Assembly (NCBI GenBank): GCA_963675595.2
Contig: CAXXLZ010000002.1
Location: 1,568,001-1,632,000, forward strand
Length of the DNA: 64,000 nt
Reading direction: 5' to 3'
Origin: Thermodesulfobacteriota bacterium
Lineage (GTDB): Bacteria > Desulfobacterota > Desulfarculia > JACQYL01
Position numbers and translations under genes: made by a program. Under the pieces are notes generated by a model, which saw only the letters and a program-made list of their open reading frames with translations, had not been told where the DNA came from and did not search any database. Position 1 is the first letter of the stretch. Every line of letters starts with the position of its first letter. This document shows, in pieces, positions 47,315-57,133 of this stretch.

Positions 47315-47370
47315 GAGCTTCCTTTCCTCGAGGAAGGCCGCATTTCATCCGCCCTCCACCCGGTGGTGGG

Positions 47371-47685
47371 AACGTGTGCAACGTTCCCCGCCACCCTATA
47401 GGGTGCACACGTTACACACGTCGTAACCGGTTGATTTAACACATTAAAAACGTGCGCAAAAGGCCATTGCACACGTTCCCTCCTGCACACGTGCAACCTA
47501 TTGACATTGCTAAAAGAAACGTGTGCAAAGGGGGTTTTGCGCGCATTGCACACGTTCGCCCGATTGCACTTGTTTGATTTGTGAAACGGGCCGATTGCAC
47601 ACGTTGCCTCGAAGAACAGCCGAAACGGCTGCGGCGCAAGCGTTTCCACGTGTGCAACGCACCGTTTGCACACGTTGCACATGTC
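47371..47685. repeat. Iteron array (TGCACACGTT), putative replication origin
   Basis: Seven exact copies (47371 and 47518 inverted; 47404, 47468, 47547, 47596, 47667 direct) plus about six variants; AT-rich patch and IHF consensus at 47424-47436; directly after the primase-helicase. Confidence 0.8.
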
Positions 47686-47695
47686 CTTCTTCGGA

Positions 47696-49597
47696 TCATG
47701 CGGCTTCATCTTCAATCACCCTGAACAACGTGTTCTTCCCCGATTTCTCGGAGGCGATGTAGCCGTTATTGCACGCGAACGACACTGCGTTATCCGCAGT
47801 CCTTCTGGAGCAACCGGTCGTCTCCCTCAACTCCTTGACCAACACCTGCCTCGAAGGGAGCTCTCCCGTTTGATTCGTGAGGTTGCTGATGGCCTCGATG
47901 ACGTGACGTTCGCCGCAGACGCGCGTCGCTTCAGGGGGATCGGTCCGGACAAAGACCAGGTTCCGGGTTCGCTCCAGGTAAAAGGGTTTTCGCAGCTCAA
48001 AGTTTCTGGACTTGGCATGTCTGACCAGGATCGTGCTGGACGGTGCGCCGGCTTGGTCATCCACCGGGTACAAGCCGATGATGTTCGCCGCCCAATCACC
48101 GATCGCGGTTCCACCCCGCCCGATGAAGTTGGCTTTCTCCTTGAATCCTTCGCCCATGTGATGAACGACGATCACCGCGCACGAAGTCTCGTCCTGCACC
48201 CGGGTCAGACAATCCAGCGACCTTCGCTGTCCTTTGTTGTCGTTTTCATCCCTGGCGCCGGAAAACGAAACCAACGGATCGACAACCACCACTTCCGCCC
48301 GGGCTTCCTTGATGCAGGCGATCAGCCGCTCCTGGAACTCGGGTTCATCCAGAATGCCCGTCAGACGAATGTCCCCTCTCACCATGGGGAAGCACAGCGA
48401 ATCCAGAGCCGGGGTCCACTCGGGATGGCCTTCGAGTATCTTGTGCAGCCGGACATGTGTGGCCTTCGCCGTGTTTTCGGATTGAACATAGAGGGTTCGC
48501 CTGGGCCTCGGAACACGAAACAGGTTCCAGAGTCCGCTCAAGGGCGGTAGGGCCAGCACAAACCCGAGGTTCTTGGTCATGAGGGATTTGCCCACACCCG
48601 ACAAGGAGCAGATGAGCAGACTTTCCTTTTCGTCGAGCAGGCCGTCGATCACCGGATTGTCCGGGAACGTGCGCTCGTAGAGATGGCGAGCGGTGACGAT
48701 CCGAACCCGTGACGGATCGCTTTCCCATGGGACCTGGTCCGCCAGGTCCATGAGCTGCTGAGCGGTTCCGCCAGCCGCAAGCCAGTCCGCGGCGTCGCCT
48801 TTTTCCGGGAGTCCGGGGAGGTCTACGACCTTGAGGCTCCGCACATGGGGTAGAAGGCTTTTCCGGACCTGCTCGGCGTGCTGGCGACCCGGTTCGTCGT
48901 TGTCCGGAAGGATGATTACAAGTTTGTCTTTAAAGTGAACCGAGTACTCGTCTTTCCACTTTATCGCGCCCATGGGATTGCAGCTTGCGCAGAAACCGGC
49001 CATGCGCAGGGCCTCCACCGTCTTTTCTCCCTCGGCGACAGCGATCTGCTCGGCTTTCACAACTTCCGGCAAACGGTAGGGGACCAATCGGACACCGTCC
49101 AGATTGAATATGTCTTTCCCTTCCACACACCGACCCTGCCGGAACGTCTTGTCCGCGCCGATTTCTTCGTAGCGGTTCACGAAGAACAGCTCCTCGCCGT
49201 TCTCATCGTGATATACGAAGCGATCCTTCAGGGTTCCAGGCACCGCCCTCGCCTTGGGTCGCTTCCGTTCGTTGCCCTTTGGCCGTTCTTCTTTTGCGCC
49301 CCCGCCGTTGCCGTCCATCCCGCCCAGCTTCGCCAGGTCCCCCAGGGCCTGCTGAAAGGACACACCGTGTCGTTTCATGTGAAAGCCGAACAGGTCTCCC
49401 TTCGCCTTGCATCCGTGACAATACCATTTGCCGGTGGCCAAGTTCACGGAGAGGGAAGGGTTCGTGTCCTCATGGAAGGGACACAACGCTTGATGTTCGT
49501 CGCCGTTCAAATGCCGAAGCTCACCGAGTTCGGACCCGAAATAGGCGGCGAAGTCGATTTCTCCAGCTATCCGCGCCTTGTCGAATCGCTCTGTCAT
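47696..49597 (-). CDS. Primase-helicase: CHC2 zinc finger, TOPRIM and RepA-like AAA domains
   Basis: CPFH...C..C zinc finger; EGEK and DND TOPRIM residues; KGDAADW; Walker A SGVGKS; Walker B VVVVDP; VVHH. Confidence 0.9.
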   Translation of the reverse strand: MTERFDKARIAGEIDFAAYFGSELGELRHLNGDEHQALCPFHEDTNPSLSVNLATGKWYCHGCKAKGDLFGFHMKRHGVSFQQALGDLAKLGGMDGNGGGAKEERPKGNERKRPKARAVPGTLKDRFVYHDENGEELFFVNRYEEIGADKTFRQGRCVEGKDIFNLDGVRLVPYRLPEVVKAEQIAVAEGEKTVEALRMAGFCASCNPMGAIKWKDEYSVHFKDKLVIILPDNDEPGRQHAEQVRKSLLPHVRSLKVVDLPGLPEKGDAADWLAAGGTAQQLMDLADQVPWESDPSRVRIVTARHLYERTFPDNPVIDGLLDEKESLLICSLSGVGKSLMTKNLGFVLALPPLSGLWNLFRVPRPRRTLYVQSENTAKATHVRLHKILEGHPEWTPALDSLCFPMVRGDIRLTGILDEPEFQERLIACIKEARAEVVVVDPLVSFSGARDENDNKGQRRSLDCLTRVQDETSCAVIVVHHMGEGFKEKANFIGRGGTAIGDWAANIIGLYPVDDQAGAPSSTILVRHAKSRNFELRKPFYLERTRNLVFVRTDPPEATRVCGERHVIEAISNLTNQTGELPSRQVLVKELRETTGCSRRTADNAVSFACNNGYIASEKSGKNTLFRVIEDEAA

Positions 49598-49703
49598 AGG
49601 CGTCTAAAGACTCCCGCGCTTTTTGGGCCCGACGACCATTGCACCCAGTGTTCGGGCATCTCCATTTTCTTTGCTGGGTGTCGGTCTGTGCGGCCCTTGC
49701 GCT

Positions 49704-49925
49704 TCATGCGCAGGCCCGCTTTTCAAGCCATTCAATCAACGCCTCCACGGTGTAGGCGACTTTGCGCCCAACGACGATTCGGTCCCTGGGGCCTTCTCCC
49801 AAGGAGTCCTTGTTGGCCAACGTGCGAGGGTGAATCAGTCCACCGGAAAACTTGCCCACTTCGTGCCTGGCAACAATGGCGCTCGGCCATCTTTCCGCCA
49901 GCATCTTAAAACTGTTCTTGTTCAT
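49704..49925 (-). CDS. Small DNA-binding protein, excisionase/AlpA-like
   Basis: 73 aa with RTLAN.DS.G.GP....GRKVAY....L.EWLE, located between att and the primase. Confidence 0.7.
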   Translation of the reverse strand: MNKNSFKMLAERWPSAIVARHEVGKFSGGLIHPRTLANKDSLGEGPRDRIVVGRKVAYTVEALIEWLEKRACA

Positions 49926-50600
49926 TTTTGCTTCCTCCCTTTGCTTTTTTTGGATTTTCAGAAGCCTTTTACGAAACCGGCTTCCAACTTTCGCCGCAAG
50001 GATGAAATCATTTTCGTTGGTGAACTCATTGGCTTCATTTTTCCATCTGAAAAATCAGAAATGAAGAGGGTTGTTACCATGTGTGGTAATAGGTACGGTA
50101 TCGAACGTCTTTTTCGACTTCGCGGAGTACGTCTTTTTGGGCACCAAAAAACCAAGCACAGATTCCGATCATTTCTTTGTTAAACGGTTTTCCGATATCG
50201 TGTTTCGATACGGTCCGCCGTGTGTAAATAAAAAGGCATGATATTTCTCCACCCCAAAATTCCCTTTTGCACCTCAAGCATATTTCGCCGTGTCAAGAAA
50301 AAAAAGGGGGTTGTTTCTCCCTGGAGAAACAAGTTGTCCCATTTTTTCACTTGGGCACTCAAAAAAGAAAGGGGGTTAGTACCCCGTGGGGTAATAGGTA
50401 TGCTGTCGAACGATTTTTTTCGGTTGACACCGGACTGGTAATCAAAGGCGAGAGAAGTTGGGGAGTCTCGGCGTAACTGAGTCACTCCGTAAAAGAATGC
50501 TATGTGGTTTTACAGCAGGCCTGGGGCGACCAGGGTTGGAAACAGGGGCATGAAAAGGACTTAAAAGTGTGGAGGCTAATCGCAGCTGATGCAGAAAAAG

Positions 50601-50623
50601 TGGGAGAGATGTGGGAGAGAAAA
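50601..50623 (+). promoter_or_regulatory. Tandem arm-type integrase sites at the right end of island 1
   Basis: TGGGAGAG-ATG-TGGGAGAGAAAA, same motif and spacing as TGGGAGAG-GTA-TGGGAGAGAAAA at 3291-3313. Confidence 0.7.
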
Positions 50624-50675
50624 CTGGCTAAACTCGTGGGCGAATGTCCGTTGAACCGTAAGCGATTGAATTCAT

Positions 50676-50720
50676 TGGCGCGCCCGGCATGATTCGAACA
50701 TGCGACCTACGGATTCGTAG
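50676..50720 (-). repeat. att core, right copy: 3' half of tRNA-Arg(ACG)
   Basis: Identical to 3114-3158 and again lacks the tRNA 5' half. Confidence 0.93.
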
Positions 50721-50855
50721 AACTGAACTCTCAAGTTTCCAACTTCCTCAATTGAGAGTAACTTTTTGATTTTACAAGAATAGTCGATTCTCAATTTCGG
50801 GCATCTAATTCCGATTTTTGCCGATTTTCCAAAAAGTGACACACCAAATGACACA

Positions 50856-50891
50856 CCAAAAAGCGCCCGGCGGGAGGTATCACCGGGCGCT
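50856..50891 (-). terminator. Intrinsic terminator after the two small minus-strand genes
   Basis: Minus strand AGCGCCCGG-loop-CCGGGCGCT followed by TTTT. Confidence 0.65.
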
Positions 50892-50925
50892 GTCAGAACT
50901 CGATCAGGGAGTACTTTCTTCAAGG

Positions 50926-51297
50926 CTAATTCATCTTCGCCTTGGCGTCTGAGTCAAGGTCGAGCTGAAGCTCTTTTTCAACCTCTGACTTGAGCCATTC
51001 AACCCCGGCTTTCCACTTCTCGAACCGTTCTTTTTCTGCTCGAATATTCGCCACCTGGAAAGGCTTCCCAAGTTTCTCGGACAGTTCAAGGTATCTTGAG
51101 AGAAAAGCTTCAACGTCCGAATCCGAGAGATGCCCTGCAATCTGTTTCAGGTGCTTACCGATTTCCATTTGCTGGGTAACGATAATATACCTGAGCACGT
51201 GCGCCAGAGTGGATCCGTCGATTTCCTCGTACTCACGGCTCCAAACATCTGTTTTGCCGATCTCTTGGAGTTTGGGTCGGTCTTTTGTCTCGGTCAT
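50926..51297 (-). CDS. Hypothetical protein
   Basis: 123-aa ORF with an AAGGAG RBS and a downstream terminator. Confidence 0.7.
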   Translation of the reverse strand: MTETKDRPKLQEIGKTDVWSREYEEIDGSTLAHVLRYIIVTQQMEIGKHLKQIAGHLSDSDVEAFLSRYLELSEKLGKPFQVANIRAEKERFEKWKAGVEWLKSEVEKELQLDLDSDAKAKMN

Positions 51298-51334
51298 GAT
51301 GATTCTCCTTTCAAAGTCACGAAGTTTAATTGGA

Positions 51335-51535
51335 TCAGGGCATCAAATTCATGAGCCTATTGATGTATCTGGAGAACACTGTAGAATATCCTACGTTTCC
51401 GTGCTCTTTTCGGCATTTCTCCGCTAACGCCATAGCCTCTGCTAAATGCCGGGCCGCGAGTTCCTGTGCTTGCTTCTCTGCAAGCACGAAGAGATTCGTT
51501 TCTTTCAGAAGGGTTCCGGGCTTCACTTCGTTCAC
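51335..51535 (-). CDS. Small hypothetical protein
   Basis: 66-aa ORF, GTG start directly after AAGGAG; co-oriented with 50926-51297. Confidence 0.5.
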   Translation of the reverse strand: MNEVKPGTLLKETNLFVLAEKQAQELAARHLAEAMALAEKCRKEHGNVGYSTVFSRYINRLMNLMP

Positions 51536-51716
51536 CTCCTTTCACGGTTGAATGGCCGGTTCTTTTCCTACCCGCGCACAAAGAATATCTGTGTTGGGGA
51601 AACGAAGTGTCGTTGGGATTTGGAAAAGGACGGAGCTTCGATCTACGAGTTGCTGTGTAACCCCTCTCCCCTCTGGTCCTGAGGAGAGGGGCAATAAAGC
51701 CGCTCACTCGGAGGAA

Positions 51717-52121
51717 ATGAAAATGGAAGCTGTAGTTAGAATGGCAAGCCCAAAGCAGGTCGAGTTTTTGGCTGACTTGATCGATCGGACCGAGACCCAG
51801 TTCGATCGGCCGCTGGAAAGCCTGACCTTGGAACAAGCATCGGAGATGATCGACGAACTGCTGGAAAAGGAAGACCCAGGTTCACCACAAAATGTGAAGC
51901 CTGTCGTGCGACGGAAATGGAAGGATGATCGCACCATGCAGGCTCGGCTCGGTATGGCCTTCAAGCTGGTCTACCAGGCGAGCATTGTGAGGAGTGATGG
52001 CTGCGTTCAAAGGCCTTCGATTGAGAACAACGAATTTTTCGCCAAGGAAGTGATCAGGGTATTCGAAGCAATGAACGGGATCGCGGAGCAGGTTGGAGTG
52101 GATGGGGGCGCCTCGGGGTGA
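51717..52121 (+). CDS. Hypothetical protein (island backbone gene)
   Basis: GGAGG RBS; ASPKQVEFL...LT.EQASEMIDELL helical motif; C-terminal part conserved with 4577-4842. Confidence 0.75.
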   Translation: MKMEAVVRMASPKQVEFLADLIDRTETQFDRPLESLTLEQASEMIDELLEKEDPGSPQNVKPVVRRKWKDDRTMQARLGMAFKLVYQASIVRSDGCVQRPSIENNEFFAKEVIRVFEAMNGIAEQVGVDGGASG

Positions 52122-52164
52122 GGCGCTTAGAATCATGACAAATTTCAAGCAACATCGAAATATT

Positions 52165-54040
52165 GATGCCGTCGTAAGAACCCCCCTTTACGAACAGGGC
52201 TGTTTTTTGGAGCATTGGAAGTTCAAGCGGCCATTGCAACACTGCCAAGGTTACTGTCATCGTGACATAGGCTACAAAGACGACGGAAATTATCGTTGCT
52301 GCCTCCCTCTATCGAGTTGGAAAGGGCCTTCTTGGCCTTATCAAGGCGGCTCTGGACGAACCTCTTGATGTTGATGGCCAGGGCCTTCATGAAAACAGAT
52401 AAGGTGACCCGTTTTTTGCCTCGGGTCCACGATCGTTTCAATCCCGTGACCCGATCCGCTTCGGAGATGGTGGCCTCGATGCCGGACCGGATTTTGTAGC
52501 GTTCTTTGAAATCATGGCTTTCCTGCTGTAGTCTGCGCTTGGAGGTCGCCATGTCCTTGCGCTTGTACTTCAGTCGATAATTTCCGCCCTTGATCCGTTT
52601 TACCGGACAGATGGGGAGAAATTCGCATAGGAGACAGTGCTCGCGGGAAAACACGGCTTCCACCGCTTTGCCGCGGTCAACGATCTTGCATTCAAGTGGC
52701 GCGTGCCCCCGGATACAGTAAACGACCTGGGTGCAGTCCTCGTTCGTTTCAAAGTCACTCAACTGCATCTTATTGAGATCCGGCGCTTTTCCGCAAGTCA
52801 CCGGAGCGGTAAGCTCGACTCCGTGCTCGTGAGCTTGAAGGATGTTCTCGCCGCTGCCGTAGCCTGCGTCGGCGAACAACTCTTCGGGTTTGCGGCCCGT
52901 TTCCTCCAGGCGTTCGATAACGGGCATCACGTCTTTCTGGTCGCTGTCATAGGAAGGGGCCACGTCCACATCGGTGATCACCTGGAAGGGATTTTCCTTC
53001 ACGCAGGTCTCCGTGAGGGAAGCCTTATATCCTTTGCCCTTGCGCCCATAGGTGGCGTCGGGATCCGAAGGATTCTGCAGGGAGTCCGCAGGGATTTCCT
53101 TGGGCTTCTCGAGTTCTGTTTTGTCGGGATCTCCCTCGGTGAAACGGCATTGCTCCGACAGTAGTCGGGCCATCAGCCGGTATTCTTTCATTCGGCTGAT
53201 TTCCGGATGACCTCGGAAGCGGTCCACCAGGTCGGCGAGATGGCGGGCGGACTTGTCCAGACGACGCTTGGCCCGCGATGATTTTGCATCGGCAAAATAG
53301 CCTGCGCGCTTCAAGTAGGCCTTGTCGTAAAGTCGGGGCAGTTTCTCATACAACTTGGGATGTTTCTTATGGAGCCGTTTCAAGAACGCCTCGATGGTGC
53401 GCGTAAAGAGCCCCAGACGGCTCAGATGAGCCATGTTGGAAGTGATCTGTGTGGAGTCCAACCGCTGTTTGTCCGTGCTAAGGGCCGCCGTCTCGATGAT
53501 GGCGTCCGTGATTCCGGTAAAGAGGCTCCGCGCTTGCTTGTTGTCGGTAATCAAGGTCCGGAAATTGTGCAGGGTCTTCTGGCAGACGTGAGATTCAAAG
53601 GCGTTGATGTTGAAGGCATATTGCCAACGCAGATCGAAGTCCAGAGCGCCCAAGACTTCCGCATCGGTCAGGCTGTTCATTTCCTTCAAAACACACGCTC
53701 CGACAAGGATGGCCACGGGTCTGTTGGGCCTGCCGTTGTCCTCACAGTAGAAAGGCCGGAAAGACTCCTCATCGATCATGGGAAGCACCAGGCGCCGGAA
53801 CGGACCGGCCCACGTCTTCTCCAACGCCTCGATCCTGTCTGCGGGAAGGCAAATATCGTGGTCGAAAATGGTCTTTTGCGTTCTCTTAGGCCGAAACAAA
53901 ACAACCCCCCTAAGGACCATATTATTAATCAAGTCAGATACTTATCATACAGGACCCAAAAGAAAGGTCAACCCATAAATGCCATTTTTATTCATATTTT
54001 CAACTAGATACCTTTACGGAGAGGTTTTTACGAACTCATC
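52165..54040 (-). mobile_element. IS1182-like insertion sequence
   Basis: Imperfect inverted ends GATGCCGTCGTAAGAACC and GGTTTTTACGAACTCATC; 6-bp duplication AATATT at 52159-52164 and 54041-54046. Confidence 0.85.
52223..53932 (-). CDS. DDE transposase, IS1182-like
   Basis: GRP.RP, LDSTQI, DPDATYG.K..GYK, ADAGYGS, CxxC...C insertion, YKIRSGIE. Confidence 0.88.
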   Translation of the reverse strand: MINNMVLRGVVLFRPKRTQKTIFDHDICLPADRIEALEKTWAGPFRRLVLPMIDEESFRPFYCEDNGRPNRPVAILVGACVLKEMNSLTDAEVLGALDFDLRWQYAFNINAFESHVCQKTLHNFRTLITDNKQARSLFTGITDAIIETAALSTDKQRLDSTQITSNMAHLSRLGLFTRTIEAFLKRLHKKHPKLYEKLPRLYDKAYLKRAGYFADAKSSRAKRRLDKSARHLADLVDRFRGHPEISRMKEYRLMARLLSEQCRFTEGDPDKTELEKPKEIPADSLQNPSDPDATYGRKGKGYKASLTETCVKENPFQVITDVDVAPSYDSDQKDVMPVIERLEETGRKPEELFADAGYGSGENILQAHEHGVELTAPVTCGKAPDLNKMQLSDFETNEDCTQVVYCIRGHAPLECKIVDRGKAVEAVFSREHCLLCEFLPICPVKRIKGGNYRLKYKRKDMATSKRRLQQESHDFKERYKIRSGIEATISEADRVTGLKRSWTRGKKRVTLSVFMKALAINIKRFVQSRLDKAKKALSNSIEGGSNDNFRRLCSLCHDDSNLGSVAMAA

Positions 54041-54051
54041 AATATTGTAAA

Positions 54052-55600
54052 CTAGAGTTTAGAGTCTGGCGACCCTTGGTATAGGAAAAGTGCGAATAAA
54101 GACAACAAAGTACTTGACATTGCCGCGCGGATGCGCGGCCGCCTTTGGTGGCCCTTTAAGGAAAGAAACCTTTCCTTGGGGGTCAACCAATGGATTCGAC
54201 GGCTCAAGCACTTATGCTCCTATCGCAGTGGATTTCCTTTCTATTTCAGGCCGTTCCGTGCAGAATCGCTCCGACTCTTCTGGAACTCCTGATGGGATGT
54301 ATGGTCTGCCGCGGCGGCCATATTTCTTCCGCGCTTCTGGCCGTTCGGCCCCAGTTGTCCTGGACCGCCTATTACAAGGCCATCGAAAAGGGCCGATTCC
54401 AATGGCTTGCGCTAGCCCGGCAATGGATGCGCCTGATCCTGAAACGGATTCCAAACCGATCCATCGAGTTCGCCATAGACGACTTCCCTTTGCCCAGATC
54501 GTCCAAGAAAGCTCCCTGCGCCGGTTGGCATTACGATCACGCGCACCGGCCCAACCGCCCCAAATTCCTGTGGGGACAGCTTCGGGTTTCTCTGGCTGTC
54601 ATCTGCCGCCACAAGGGCCGGGTAGCCGCGTTTCCCCTCTTGTTTCGGCTCATCCGCAAGAAAGGGACACCACCAAACTGGACGCAGCGCGGCTCTTGAT
54701 GTCCGTTCTCATGACTTGGCTGCCGGATCGCTTTCTCATTATTCTGCTGCTCGATGCCTGGTATATGAAAGGCTCCCTGGTGCTTCACCTGATTCGCAAA
54801 GGTGTGACGGTCATCGGCCAAGTCCGCAAAGATACGGCCCTGTTCTTGCCTCCGGACAATCCGCCTCCGAAGAAACGGGGCAGACCCAGAAAGTATGGGG
54901 AAAAACTCACGTTGGAAAACATCGGACGATTCTGTCGTCCGGTGGAGAAAACCCTCTTTGCCTACGGCTCGGAACGAGTTTTCCAGTTCTACCAAACCAA
55001 AGCCAAAGTCCGCTTCCTGGACGGCCGGTTGTGCAAGATCGTGTGGTGCCGGTTTATGTCCGACAACCCCTCTTGGTCCGATTGGCATCTTCTGATCAGT
55101 ACCGATCCCGACATGGACGGCGCGGAAGTGATTACACGCTATGCACGACGATGGTGGACCGAGCCCATGTTCAACGAGATCAAGCACCTGTTCGGACTGA
55201 AAAATGCTTGGCAGCAGACACGGCAGACATTGGCTCGATGGAGCATGATCTTGTGCCTGGCCTACGGCTTGCCACGGCTCTTGGCGCTCTGCCTGGGTCC
55301 CAACGCGGCCTATACGATGTTTCCAATCCCTTGGAGAAAGAACAGGCCCGCCACCGCCGGCGGGATGGCCGCAGCCATCGGTCGTCTTTTCGGCAACTTA
55401 AACGTGCGAGCCATGTGGAACCGGAAATCCAAAAAATTCCAACCGGAATTCACCGATTCTCCGGAAAACTTGGGGCGAGCTGCGTGATATCCGTGTTCAG
55501 TCAATCATCTCAAAGCCTTACGTCAACGGTATTCAACCCGTCTTGGAGAACTATGCTCTTCTATACAAACTTGGCTGCCCCGCATGGCTCTAGACTCTAG
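54052..55600 (+). mobile_element. IS701/IS4-like insertion sequence
   Basis: Inverted ends CTAGAGTTTAGAGTC and GGCTCTAGACTCTAG (13 of 15 match), CTAG at both ends. Confidence 0.8.
54190..55487 (+). pseudogene. Frameshifted DDE transposase (IS701/IS4-like)
   Basis: AIDD...SKKAP in one frame, then LLDAWY and YARRWWTE.MF..K..FGL in another; shift near 54665 (could be a sequencing indel). Confidence 0.82.
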
Positions 55601-56040
55601 TTTCGGGGCCAAAAATAGCGGAAACCACCAATTGCCAGACCCCTCTAATTCCTGTATTTTAACAAGATCAAGCGAGTGGTAGTTCTCCGATCGAGGCATA
55701 ATTTCATAAGAAATTGTCAACAATGCCTCACTTTTTTCAGATAATATGAACAATGGCAATGGCAAAGAGTGCCACGATAGCTGCGGTGACCAAGGCCTTG
55801 GTCTTGGTATGTATTTGATGAGAAACGATTGAGTTTGGAGGTCGAGAATCAGGGAGAATGCTGGTCGTTAAGTATGCAAATGAGAAAGGGATTTTGGTGG
55901 GCGAGCGATTGCATAGGGGCGGTCCTTAAATTCAAGATTTACACATGAGCGCCTGTGAAGAGTGCGTAAACCTGCAAAGCTTTTAGAAGGACAGACAAAG
56001 AGAGTTGGCTTTATCATTAAACAAGCGAGGAGTCTTACAA

Positions 56041-57006
56041 ATGAAGAAGTCAGTAGGTTTGTTTATAGGTATCGCGATGATATTGGCTGCTTCTAGTATA
56101 GCTATATCGGCTGATTACTCAGGCAAGAAAGTGTTGTTCATTGACTCTTACCATGAAGGATATGCCTGGAGTGATGGAATAACTCAAGGCATAAAGAGAG
56201 GTATTAATGGTACGGGCGTGGTGTTTAATATCATTAGAATGGACACCAAAAAGAACACTTCGGAAGAGTTTAAAAAAGAATCTGCTAAGAAGGCCAAGGA
56301 GTTCATTGATACCTTCAAACCCGATGTTGTTATTGCCGCCGACGACAATGCTTCTAAGTACCTTGTCATGCCTTATTATAAAGATGCCGCTTTACCTTTT
56401 GTATTCTGTGGTGTGAACTGGGATGCCGGAGTTTACGGCTATCCTTACAAGAATGTGACTGGAATGGTGGAGGTCACTCCGATCCCACAGATTCTTGAAC
56501 AATTGCAGCCCTATGCCAAAGGCAAACGAATAGGCTTTATTGGACCGGACATCCTCACCGCGCACAAGGAAGCCGAAAACTACCGTAAGGTCTTTAACTA
56601 CGAAATCACGGAATTCTATGCAAAGGATTTCGAAGATTGGAAGAAGGGGTTTAAAGAGCTTCAAGGCAAGGTGGATATGCTGATCATCGACAGCGACGGC
56701 GGCCTCTACAAAGATTACTTGGACGAGATGAAGGCCTTTGTGGAAGCGAACACCAAGGTGCCTACGGGTTCGGCTTACGACTTCATGTCGCCCCTGGCAT
56801 TGCTGACCTACGGCAAGGTCGCAGAAGAACAGGGGGAATGGAGCGCTTCGGCGGCTCTTAAGATTCTGGACGGGACGTCACCTTCTGATATTGCCATCGC
56901 CAAGAACGAAAAGGGAACCTTGATAATCAACACCCGGATCGCCAATAAACTGGGAGTAGAGATTCCTTTCTCCATCCTTGAGTCCGCAGACCAGGTGATC
57001 GAGTAG
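56041..57006 (+). CDS. Periplasmic substrate-binding protein (ABC_sub_bind-like)
   Basis: Signal peptide; IDSYHEGYAW, MDTKK, ADDNA, FCGVN, NVTGMVE, EQG..A...ILDG..P motifs. Confidence 0.85.
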   Translation: MKKSVGLFIGIAMILAASSIAISADYSGKKVLFIDSYHEGYAWSDGITQGIKRGINGTGVVFNIIRMDTKKNTSEEFKKESAKKAKEFIDTFKPDVVIAADDNASKYLVMPYYKDAALPFVFCGVNWDAGVYGYPYKNVTGMVEVTPIPQILEQLQPYAKGKRIGFIGPDILTAHKEAENYRKVFNYEITEFYAKDFEDWKKGFKELQGKVDMLIIDSDGGLYKDYLDEMKAFVEANTKVPTGSAYDFMSPLALLTYGKVAEEQGEWSASAALKILDGTSPSDIAIAKNEKGTLIINTRIANKLGVEIPFSILESADQVIE

Positions 57007-57133
57007 CCTTGGTCGTTGAATGTGTGCCTGGGATACGACCTATCTTGAGGTTCTTTCCCAGGCTTTCTTTCATTGGAACGTAAGAGACATCCCTGATTCG
57101 ATCCAAAGCTTTATGGTCCAAAAGGAATCAGAT

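Larger units (their letters stand above)
3114..50720. mobile_element. Integrative genomic island (~47.6 kb) at tRNA-Arg(ACG), with a phage-satellite-like backbone
   Basis: 45-bp direct repeats at both ends; integrase next to the left att; excisionase-like gene, primase-helicase and iteron array near the right att; shared TGGGAGAG arm repeats inside both ends. Confidence 0.9.

Noticed and set aside
47311-47715. 134-aa Cys/His-rich protein (metal-binding or RiPP precursor)
   Set aside because: The Cys/His periodicity comes from translating the TGCACACGTT iterons.
49930-50500. Several short overlapping ORFs in an AT-rich stretch upstream of the excisionase-like gene
   Set aside because: No consistent frame, RBS or motif; may be a decayed gene or promoter region but cannot be supported.
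54655-54675. Programmed ribosomal frameshift in the IS701-like transposase
   Set aside because: No canonical slippery heptamer; a single-base deletion or sequencing error explains it.
55898-55913. Sigma-54-like TGGGCGAGCGATTGCA upstream of the binding-protein gene
   Set aside because: Spacing is correct but the -24 element is a poor match; too weak to call.
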